This document shows positions 53,290 through 64,000 of a stretch of DNA of 64,000 nt, in pieces. The stretch lies in assembly GCF_964355755.1 (NCBI RefSeq), contig NC_092672.1:6696001-6760000 (forward strand), given 5' to 3'. The notes below the pieces were generated by a model that ran no database searches, was not told where the DNA came from, and worked only from the letters and a program-made list of their open reading frames with translations. Within the stretch, counting starts at the first letter, position 1; each line of letters opens with the position of its first letter. This DNA comes from Antedon mediterranea (lineage: Eukaryota; Animalia; Echinodermata). Position numbers and translations under genes: made by a program.

Positions 53290-55280
53290 TAATCACCAAT
53301 CAATCAATCAATCAATCAATCGATAATTCAACTGATAAATTAACTAAAAACAAACTCATTTCCGGTTTATCTATTCATTAGGCCTAATAAGTAAACATAG
53401 GAAACATAACTTGTGAAAAATGTTAAAAACTGATATCATCAATTAAAAAACAATTAATCGATAATTTCAAATGATAAAATAGCTTTTGAAAAAAGAAGAA
53501 AAACTCATGTCCGGTTTCTCCATTCATTAAAAGGCAAAACACACCACTAATTATATCTATCAATCAATCAATCAATCAAAAAAACAATTAATCCATAATT
53601 CAAATGATAAAATAACTTTTTTAAAAAAGAGTAAAACTTCTGTAGGGTTTCTCCATTCATTAAAACGCAAATCACATCACTAGTATATCAATCATTAAAA
53701 AACCAATCAATCCATAATTCAAATGATAAAATAACTTTTGAAAAAAAGATTAAAACTTATGTCCGGTTTCTCCATTCGTTAAAAGGCAAAACACACCACT
53801 AAGTATATCAATCATTAAAAAACAAAACAAAAATCAATCCATAATTCCAATGATAAAATAACTTTTGAAAAAAAGATTAAAACTCATGTCCGGTTTCTCC
53901 ATTCGTTAAAAGGCAAAACACACCACTAATTATATCAATCATTAAAAAACAAAACAAAAATCAATCCATAATTCAAATGATAAAATAACTTTTGAAAAAA
54001 GAAGAAAAACTCATGCCGGTTTCTCCATTCATTAAAAGGCAAAACACACCACTAAGAATATCAATCATTAAAAAACCAATCAATCCATAATTCAAATGAT
54101 AAAATAACTTTTGAAAAAAAGATTAAAACTTATGTCCGGTTTCTCCATTCGTTAAAAGGCAAAACACACCACTAAGTATATCAATCATTAAAAAACAAAA
54201 CAAAAATCAATCCATAATTCAAATGATAAAATAACTTTTGAAAAAAAGATTAAAACTCATGTCCGGTTTCTCCATTCGTTAAAAGGCAAAACACACCACT
54301 AATTATATCAATCATTAAAAAACAAAACAAAAATCAATCCATAATTCAAATGATAAAATAACTTTTGAAAAAAGAAGAAAAACTCATGCCGGTTTCTCCA
54401 TTCATTAAAAGGCAAAACACACCACTAAGAATATCAATCATTAAAAAACCAATCAATCCATAATTCAAATGATAAAATAACTTTTGAAAAAAAGATTAAA
54501 ACTTATGTCCGGTTTCTCCATTCGTTAAAAGGCAAAACACACCACTAAGTATATCAATCATTAAAAAACAAAACAAAAATCAATCCATAATTCAAATGAT
54601 AAAATAACTTTTGAAAAAAAGATTAAAACTCATGTCCGGTTTCTCCATTCGTTAAAAGGCAAAACACACCACTAATTATATCAATCATTAAAAAACAAAA
54701 CAAAAATCAATCCATAATTCAAATGATAAAATAACTTTTGAAAAAAGAAGAAAAACTCATGCCGGTTTCTCCATTCATTAAAAGGCAAAACACACCACTA
54801 AGAATATCAATCATTAAAAAACCAATCAATCCATAATTCAAATGATAAAATAACTTTTGAAAAAAAGATTAAAACTTATGTCCGGTTTCTCCATTCGTTA
54901 AAAGGCAAAACACACCACTAAGTATATCAATCATTAAAAAACAAAACAAAAATCAATCCATAATTCAAATGATAAAATAACTTAAAAGAATAAAAAACTT
55001 ATGTCCGGTTTCTCCATTCATTTAAAAGGTAAAACACACAACTAAGTATATCGTCCAATCAATCAAAAAACAATCAATCCATAATTCAAATGATAAAATA
55101 ACTTTAAAAAAAAGAAGAAAAACTTATGTCCGGTTTTTCCATTCATTAAAACGCAAAACACACCACTAAGTACATCGATCAATCAATACATCAATTAATC
55201 GATAATTCAACTGATAAACTTCCGGTTTCTCCATTCATTATTAGGCAAAATACATTACTAAGCTAATCAATCAATCAATT
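53290..55280. repeat. AT-rich satellite, 120-127-bp monomers with a 373-bp three-monomer higher-order repeat
   Basis: ACTAAGTATA variant at 53798, 54171, 54544, 54917; decayed monomers on both flanks. Confidence 0.97.
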
Positions 55281-56799
55281 AATTAAACACAATGGTTAAT
55301 ACATAATAAAAACAATTTTATCTAATTACTCATTTAAAACCCTTTATGTTAATGCCGTCTATATCTTTTCCGAGCCGCTACTTCGCAAATGACCTGCATT
55401 TACTACGTTGGTAGATTTAATCTATTAATTATTTTTTTCATAGTAATACTTACGAAGTAATTTAATTAAATTGACTTCATCATTCTAAAAATCTAAAAAA
55501 TTTTTAATGTATGTATAATGGATATATTTCATAGCGATATTACTTGATAAAACGCTTCCAGATTTAACATATTTACTTCAATTATAAAGCAATGCCTTTT
55601 TAATAAATAAATCAGTTAAAATAATAATATTTTTCATAAAGATTTCTACTTTATCTTCATCATAGATTCATTTTGGTACAATTAAAGGGTCACTATTTCC
55701 TAAGCATCGTAAACAATTTAAGTACATGTTTTTTTTTTACATTTAGGTTTTAATATGACTATAATAACCGATTAAAAGTATATTTCATTTTATCAATTTT
55801 ATATAATGAACTGAATGAGTAGCCTGTATGAGAGAATGTGAATATGTGGTTCATTTTAAAATGTTCAATAAATTTCATTAAGACGACAAAACCAACTGTT
55901 CCCATGTATTCTAAAATGTTAGTGATTTTCTCACTAAAAAAAGAAATAAGAACCAGAAAAGTATTGTCAGAAATTAATAATATATACTAAGCCCTTAAGT
56001 CTTAAAAAAAATGTATATATGTAATACGTATGTATATTTTTGGTTTATTGTTGAGTTTTTTATGATTGTAATTTTTAGTGTGAAAGTGGAGACCCTGATT
56101 AGCGCAAGCTATTTTGTCTCTTTTTCATTGTTTTGTTTTGTTGATGAAGAAAATAAATGAAATAAAAATACATATAATATTTGAAATTGTAAAAAGTAAA
56201 AATGATTTTTTTTTAAACATTAAATAAATGATGTAAACACATTTTAGGTGTTTTATCAGTTATTTATAGATATATTATTTCTTTCTTTTCTATTTACTTT
56301 CATATTTCTGTCAAATGAGCAAAGCTTCATAGCCTGTTATTGTATTAAAAACTTTGCAACTAGTTGATTGTGTCCACAAATCTGGAAAATGTGTATATTA
56401 TAACAAAATTGAACTGCAGCACTTTAACATAACTTTTGTTCTTTATTACAACTAAGTTATACCAAATTAGAATTATAAAGCAGCCAATGTTATTTTAATA
56501 AATAAATCAGTTATAATAATAATATCTTTCATAAACATTTTTACTTTATCTTCATCGTAGAAGCAGATAGTTAAATTCATTTTGGTACAATTAAAGTGTC
56601 CCTATTTCTAAAAGCATTCAATCTGCTTGGAATGTAAATTTAAAAACCCATTTTATGATATTTTCGACCACTGAAACAATGCACATTAACATCACCAGAA
56701 AGAAACAAGAAAATAATAAGTTTCAACTCACCATAAACCCATAAATATTACAGGTTAAACCCAAAGTTGTACCTCTTATAATTTCTTATAGCAGTATAA

Positions 56800-56943
56800 A
56801 GATCTGCCTACACTACTACTACTATTTTGACAAATAAAGTGTAATGTACCCAAATATGGTAGTGATATTACATCACCATGTTCATATTATATGAGTACAT
56901 CACATTTTGTTGTCATATAAAGTTTGATAGTGTAGGCAGATAT
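56800..56943. mobile_element. MITE-B
   Basis: agatctgcctacacta...tagtgtaggcagatat, TAA/TAA TSD. Confidence 0.82.
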
Positions 56944-57725
56944 TAAGGTTTTTATCAAACTAATTATTATTTTCATAGCATTTTACATTTCTTTGGATTC
57001 AAAATATTGTAATGCATATATTGAAAATCAAGCAAAAGACCTGGTTTTCGACAAACATTTTTTGTGCCAAATCCATTGCTAACAAATTGGAAATTTCTCT
57101 GATTTCACAAAGAATCACTGATGAATGTGCACATGGATTGGAATAAGCACAAGAGTTGACATGTTGGTATTAATGATTAACCAATCAGTTTGCTGCATTT
57201 CTGTGCTAAGGACAAGTCACATTGTATTTACGACAACACATTGTTTTGAGTTACCAAGCGAAGTGCATTATATTTATTGTTGCTCTTTTTTTCAACGGCA
57301 GTTTGTAGTAGTACAGCGTAGGTGTTATATTTCATGTAATCCAATTTGAAAACTAGTAATTTATGGTAATAAACATTTAAAAAAAAATGTAAAAAAAAAG
57401 TAAAGTAATGTTTTTAAGTCAGCATATCAAATGATGTATAATTCATTAAATGTACTTGAGATTAAGTAAAAATACAGCAATAGTATCGTTTTATGTTGCG
57501 TCCATTAATAACTACTCATATTTTGTTTGTATTCAACTGATTATTTGACAATATTGCATTAAAACTGGTTATTATCATGTACTAGGAATTGTAAAAGACT
57601 TACCAACATATTCTATTACTTTGTAATGGTGCCAATAATCGGCCAGTGAACTTGACGACAGAGAACATTAGTCAGGACATCATCCAGTGTTTGTATGATG
57701 AATAATGATTTATAATTTACTTTAG

Positions 57726-57883
57726 CTAAGTGCTGTTACATATAGGATACTCAGACGGCTCCTCTTCTATCGATAACTGTTTGCGAAGATATTGGATGGA
57801 AAGTTGGTGGGTTTCTTCATTGTCGTCCGCACATCTGGTTAGAAGTTGATCAAGATGTTTTAGGGCACACTGTAGGCACACTC
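57726..57883 (-). CDS. HEATR6: HEATR6-like terminal coding exon
   Basis: attatag acceptor; phase matches previous exon (G+GA=Gly); VCLQCALKHLDQLLTRCADDNEETHQLSIQYLRKQLSIEEEPSEYPICNST*; ALKHL matches recalled ALKHM; possible minus-strand AATAAA at 57273-57278. Confidence 0.68.
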
Positions 57884-57930
57884 CTATAATAGTAGTAATG
57901 ATAGTAATAATTATTATTGCTGTTCCTAAA

Positions 57931-58238
57931 GTTAACACAATGATACGCAGTTAACACAATGATATGCAGTTAACACAATTATATGCATTTAACACAATGA
58001 TATGCATTTAACACAATTATATACAGTTAACACAATTATATACAGTTAACACAATGATATGCAGTTAACACAATGATATGCAGTTAACACAATTATATGC
58101 AGTTAACACAATGATATGCAGTTAACACAATTATATACAGTTAACACAATGATATGCAGTTAACACAATGATATGCAGTTAACACAATGATATGCAGTTA
58201 ACACAATGATGCAGTTAACACAATGATATGCAGTTAAA
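57931..58238. repeat. 19-bp minisatellite GTTAACACAAT(G/T)ATATGCA, about 16 copies, in last HEATR6 intron
   Basis: direct reading. Confidence 0.97.
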
Positions 58239-58681
58239 CACATGAACATGGCTTGTGGTTCTAATATGTGCAAAAATAGCATTTTAGTATTATTATTCCA
58301 GTCAAGTCATGCACTCAACATTGGTATAAAAAAAGCATAATTCTTGTAAAGAGCTATGGACATTGAGACAGATATGTAATATCTTAGTATCTAATATGCC
58401 AACAATATATTTTCCTTAATAAATAATATTATGTAATAGTGTATTTAAATGTCAAAGGTATATATGAATTTAACCTACCATTTTGCTTGTATACAATTTC
58501 ATTTAATACTTCTAAAATTTCAGTAATTTTAATATTAAATTCATAGGAGACCTTGGTTTAGTTAAAGAAAAATTGGGTTTATATGAAAAAGGTGTCAAAT
58601 GTTGTGCGAGGTGCTGCACCATAAATGTAAATGTTCCATTTTAATGTAAATATGAAATATAAAATCATCAAACAATTTTAC

Positions 58682-58832
58682 CTTTACTGTCATCTACTGA
58701 AATCATAATGAACTTTTTGTATTTGCTCATATAGGTTTCTAATTTGACCTCATTGGCCTTCCATACTTGTTCCAAACCTTGTATATCTTCAAACTTCAAC
58801 AGACTGCAGAGATGACACAGGGTTTGACAAAG
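58682..58832 (-). CDS. HEATR6: HEAT repeat-containing protein 6-like, penultimate coding exon
   Basis: minus-strand atttacag acceptor and AAG|gtaaaa donor; 151 nt; LCQTLCHLCSLLKFEDIQGLEQVWKANEVKLETYMSKYKKFIMISVDDSK(G) resembles recalled HEATR6 C-terminal ICQALIHLLSL segment. Confidence 0.72.
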
Positions 58833-58933
58833 CTGTAAATATATAAAATACATACAAAATCTTGAATACAAAATTAAAACAAACTGGTTAAACAATAAAG
58901 ATGAGTAGAAAAAAACTAGTTCAAAATAGAACT

Positions 58934-59200
58934 AGCTTAAACTCAATTTGGCTGTTTGAACTTGAATCAGTTGCTTAAGCTTGAGTCTGTTTGCTGAATC
59001 TCAAGTTGGCTGCTTAAACTTGAGCCTGCTTAAACTCAAGTTGGCTGCTTAAACTTGAGTCTGTTTCTTAAACTCAAGTTAGCTGCTTAAACTCAAATTG
59101 GCTGCTGAAACTTAAGTTTTTGCATACACCTGCATCTGTTGCTTAAACTCAAGCTAGCTGCTTGTGAGTCAGGTACTTAAACTTAAGTTTGCTGGCCATT
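58934..59200. repeat. degenerate ~19-bp repeat GCTGCTTAAACT(CAAG/TGAG)TT
   Basis: about 12 decayed units alternating ctcaag and cttgag variants. Confidence 0.75.
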
Positions 59201-59639
59201 TGAACACTTGGCTTTTTCACATTTTTTTTCTCTGTATGTTATGTATGTTTTTTTTTCCTTGGGATCTTGCATTTGACAAAGTAATCCCACATTCTAATTT
59301 TCAGATAGATAACATGCCTAAGAAACTGTGTTTGATGCTAATACGGTAGTTTTAAAATGATAAAGGTTTTAAATTACCGGGTGAGCAGTTTGCTGAATGA
59401 GCGACGTGCAAACTCATCTATCAATATCAGATCTACATGAATATTCCACATTGCAAAGGTAATTCTCATTGAAATTTGACGGGTGACATAACGAGTAAAG
59501 ACATACAATATGAATCGAACAAGAGGTATTAAAACGATGTTGAAGGTACCTTGAGTATGATAAATATACATCAGAGAGGAATGGTAGATGAAGTATCATT
59601 GGTAATGACAGTAACAAAGAGGATTTTGATAGCTACACA

Positions 59640-59910
59640 TGATTAATGTTAATCATAATGTTCAAATGACAGAAAAAAATAATGATATATTTTGTATATA
59701 ATATGTGATAAAAACACTTATTTTTGATAAAACATGATTTTAATCATAATTTTCAAATGAAACAAAAAAATAATGATATATTTTGTATTAATATGTGACA
59801 AAAACACTTATTTTGTATAAAACATTAATAATAATGTTCAAATGACATAAAAAAAATAATGATATATTTTGCATAATACTACTGTATGTGACAAAAAACT
59901 TATTTCTGAT
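59640..59910. repeat. three tandem ~85-90-bp units
   Basis: ataatgttcaaatga...aaaaataatgatatattttg...atgtga(t/c)aaaaa.acttatttt three times. Confidence 0.88.
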
Positions 59911-61810
59911 AAGTTGAAGCTTTAAAGAATGCAGCAATTTTATGGTGTACAGCTTTTATTTTTAATATTGATGTATTTTTTAATAACATTTTATTTAATA
60001 TTTGTAACTTTTTAAATAGTCTTAATAGCTTTTAATGTATTGTCTGCTTTGTGTGGTGTTCATTTTGGATACTGTATATATCCTTACCACTGATAATGAA
60101 GTGCCACTGGATGAAAATCATTTGATGCAGTTAATAGAAATGCCTATTCAAATAAGATGCGTTATTCAGTCAATAACTCATATGGCACTCAACATTCTGA
60201 GAACATCAAAACATTATTGTTTGAAGTCTAGACTTTTGATATTAAGTCTGTGTTTTGCACTAAGGTGATTTACCATTTATTTACCATGAATGTTTTATAC
60301 TGTATGTATCTGTTATTTTAGAGTTTCTAAGAAACATGGTATTGGATTTTAGTTGACAGTTAATCAATGGCTTTTAAAACCAATCTTCAACAGTCCTAAA
60401 ATTTCACAGCCGTTCTGCACAAAATACAACACATTAGGCAGCATCTATCATTGATCAATCAATCAATGGCCATATAAATACATGGAGAAAATTCATTGCA
60501 AAATAAAAAAAAAATAAAATTAGTCCTAAGTTTGCTTAGTAACATGTTTATAAAATAATTGAAAGCATTCTTTATATAAACAAAATATAATGTGTCCTTT
60601 TTTGAGTTGTTGTTAAAACTCAGAGTTTAGTAGGATGTGAATGTTTTGGCAATTTTTGATAACATTCTTGAACCTGTTTAAAGGGTGGGGTTTTGTCGTC
60701 AATGTCTTTATTAGCTGCTTAAACTTTAAAATGATATAATATTTTACTATGTATGAAACATAATATACTTGATAACATCAATTACAAGTATAACTCTGAA
60801 TGAATTTTTGTTCATTAGAAATAATGATGTCAAATGTTCTGGTGGACATTCACAAGTACATTCCTCTAATAGTACCTTACCATTAATTAATATAATTAAT
60901 GTCATTTTATTGGTCTAATTGCGGAACTACTGAACGACAAGTAGATAAAATCACTGTACTGGTTCGAAGTAAATGAAATGTTTGTAAAGAAAAATTGCAC
61001 CTAAGATTAGTTAGATTATTTGATTGATGGATTTCAAAATAACGAGGCAGCATCAATCATTGAGATTCCTTCCGATTAAAAAATAATAAATTTAGGTAAC
61101 AAAATTCATTTAAAAAAAAATGTTTTGAATAACAACTTAGTTTAAAATATTGATATTTTTTTTCTTTCTACAAATATTTTAGAAATGCATATTTCTTTAC
61201 AGGAACTTTAAATGGTGAAGAAAAAATTTACTTTTCAATGACCATTTATATGTTGTCTTGGAATAAATAATGATTTAATATTACGCATGTGTTGACAGAT
61301 GAACAAATGATTTATACAAATTTTACTATTACAATTAAAACGAAATGAATACAGTGTTTAATTAATTCACTTTATAATTAAGTGCCTTGAAGGAATGTCT
61401 GTAAACTGGGATATACCCAAAGGAGGATCCCAAACTGAAACAAGACTTCAAGCAATTCATTAAAGACAAATCTCAAGACAATATAATAATAATGGCATAC
61501 TTTTAATAGTGAACTCCTATTTTTTTTATATGTGATTTAAAAAAAACAAACTACTACAGTACTACTACAATGTCACATTTGGAGACGTTTTCGAAAAAAC
61601 TTGTTAACATAAAAACACCAAAGTGCTTAATAGCTTCAAATCGCATTTGGAGACGTTTTAGACTATTTTGAGCATTTCGATCTAACTTTTCACTCAAAAA
61701 TATCAAAGTACACAAAATAGCTTAATATCGTATTTATAAACGTTTTAGACCATTATTACCTTATTTATTATTTTGCTATTACATATCAATATAGTGAATA
61801 CAATTTGTAA

Positions 61811-62124
61811 TATTTGTTTGTTTTATCTTTATACTGGGTGACCTCTTCAGTCAAAGACTGATCTCCCAGAGGGCCCAGTTGGTGACCAGTGGCTGTGATG
61901 TCTACTACACCGGGGTACCCCCTACTCGTCTCGAAAGATGTACTAGGTTCTTTAAAGTGCACACGAGCAAGTTGTGTACACTGGACCTACGGTTTATAGT
62001 CCTTATCCAAGAAGACTCGTTCTACCACCAGAACCATGGAGTGCGTGAGCCTCGAACCCCTGCCGATGTTATGGCTACATGATTACGGTTCCACTGTCTT
62101 AACCGCTCGGCCACTCACTCACTC
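61811..62124 (-). mobile_element. full-length tRNA-derived SINE with Deu/Nin-type central domain
   Basis: box A TGGCCGAGCGG, box B GGTTCGAGGC, core GGATAAGGACTATAAACCGTAGGTCC...TTAAAGAACC...GAGTAGGGG...CCCCGGTG, A-rich tail. Confidence 0.85.
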
Positions 62125-62150
62125 TTATATATAACCCCATTAAACTTTAA

Positions 62151-62740
62151 AGGCCAGGTGCGGGCAAAACATTTCTATTGATCATACATTCCAATAATTA
62201 TCAATCTATAGTTTCCACTATGTTTCATAATTTTGGGGATTTTATTTGTGTTACACAAGCTTGTTGAAAATAAGCACTTTCTTATCAGTGGGGGGATAGT
62301 TCATATTACACAGTAAAATCTCTATTCTTTTGTACACAAATTTTGTAAATAGAAAGGCATTTTAAAAAGCTATGAAAAATAAACGGTGTGGTAAAAAATG
62401 TTATCAGATGACTAAATATAGGTAATATAACTTGAATATTACATTTCTGGTATTTTTATTCAACTTTGGATTTTTATTTTCATGCTATAGCAAAAGATAT
62501 CCACCGTATATCCATCATTCTTTTTTACCTTCTAGGGAGTCACCAGACATGTGATTACATTTGGTTAAACTACCTACTAAAAAAAAGTCTTCCCGGTTTT
62601 TATGGCAGAATTTTGCAAAATCTTGTATTTGACCATATTTGGGAAATTTATGTATTTTAGTCTTGATTTCTATTACAAATATTTGATTTATGTACAATTA
62701 ACCAGATATTATATTTAAAATTCATGCCTGTACCTGAGCT
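62151..62740. mobile_element. non-autonomous TTAA-flanked DNA transposon (Kolobok/T2-type), copy 2
   Basis: ttaa-AGGCCAGGTGCGGGCA...TGCCTGTACCTGAGCT-ttaa; collinear reverse complement of 44660-45223. Confidence 0.88.
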
Positions 62741-62768
62741 TTAATCTATATTATGTTTGTAGAATGGT

Positions 62769-62905
62769 ATGTTCTTTCCAGATATCATCCTTCTTTGGAA
62801 CACACTACCACAAGAGGCCATGGAGTCAACATCACTAGTGGAATTCTTTTTTTTAAATTATTATTATTATTATCCTCCACTAGAGGAATTCAAGAATCTT
62901 AAGTT
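62769..62905 (+). mobile_element. 3' remnant of CR1/L2-group LINE interrupted by a small insertion
   Basis: MFFPDIILLWNTLPQEAMESTSLVEF(K), typical FFPxxIxxWNxLP...SLxxFK ORF2 end. Confidence 0.68.
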
Positions 62906-64000
62906 AACCTAAATTAGAAATATGAAATTATCTAAAAAATTTAATTATAATAATTTAAATTTTTATATAATCAGACAAATCAAAGTAATATTAGCAGCTT
63001 AAACAGATTAATCTTGTGAGCCTGTAAGCACATGGTAGCGTGGCCATTTACTTGAAGTGGATTGTTTATATTAATCAATATATTAATTACTATATTAAAT
63101 ATTAATATTAATCTGCAGTGGTATACACAACCTTGTTTCAAATAATTTATTATTAATTATTCATATAAAAAAAGTTAATTGAAATAGGTGAAATTAAAAT
63201 GTAATAACTATAGGAATACAAAGCACATGTTGTACAATAAACAGCCTGGTTGATCCAACTAAAAAGAAAACAATCTAGAGGTATTAACCACTGACATTTC
63301 TAAGAGAGTCTCAAAATAAGGATATGAATCCATAAAATTATAACTTACTGATGTTCCATTACAGTAAATTTACAACTTACAGGGCGAAAACATTGATTTT
63401 TAAAGATACAGAAATAATCTGCCATAATTCATGCAATTTTCTGTAGAAGTAAACATTTGTTTTCAATAATTGTTACTACTTTAGAACCAAATTGGGATCA
63501 ATTAATAAAAATTGACCTATATATAACGTATAATATAAATCCAGATATCAAGGGGAAACAAACATTGAAAATAAGGAAAATATTAATGTTTTAGGCCTAC
63601 TTTTTAAGCAATAAAAACAACATACGGGCGACAAGACTTAAGTGTCCAGACTCATCCCAACAGCCTTTGGCAATTATTAACTCAAATTAATGAATAAATT
63701 GTATTATATAATTTTTGGTTTTAATCAATCCTGCTAAAATGGATTCTGTATAATATTCGGAGACTATAAAACATCTAGAACAATGGCACATTTTTTATTT
63801 TTATAATATGTCAAGGTGCCTCAGGAAAAATGAAAATTACAATTTAACAAAATATATTATATTACACATGTGGAAAAATATAAACTCATTTTTGGTTATA
63901 CTGTACTGTCAAAAAATAAATTATCATTACTCCATGTTATATTAACAATTTTATATAAAAACCGTTTCCCATTAAATGGGTAAACGGCTTTCACAAAATG

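Noticed and set aside
53290-58238. Regular repeats as possible CRISPR-like arrays
   Set aside because: No unique spacers, no cas genes, eukaryotic intron-exon context
63380-63440. Minus-strand AG/GT-bounded segment KLHELWQIISVSLKINVFA as upstream HEATR6 exon
   Set aside because: Ends in the wrong phase for the phase-0 acceptor at 58832 and similarity is too weak

Overview
AT-rich eukaryotic (animal, probably marine invertebrate) genomic DNA; nearly all ORF-track entries are spurious or are exons running into introns. Two genes lie tail-to-tail. (1) On +, a spliced P2X purinoceptor (ATP-gated cation channel): nine phase-consistent coding exons from 5162 to 26777 plus a probable last exon at 31812-31871; exon 1 (N-terminus/TM1) was not found and probably lies upstream. 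(2) On -, the last two coding exons of a HEATR6-like gene (58682-58832, 57726-57883). The rest is intron/intergenic DNA full of non-autonomous elements: three PIF/Harbinger-type MITE families (TWA TSD), a two-copy TTAA Kolobok-type element, a Helentron-type element, TA-flanked MITEs, Deu/Nin-domain tRNA SINEs, two 5S rRNA-derived copies, LINE 3' ends, minisatellites and a satellite with a 373-bp higher-order repeat. The most unusual signal is a window-wide excess of TA-bounded micro-motifs (TAGGCCTA and relatives); in three places comparison of paralogous repeat copies shows they arose by insertion at a single TA, as expected for DNA-transposon excision scars. All identifications are by eye and from recalled family motifs; no database search was run.
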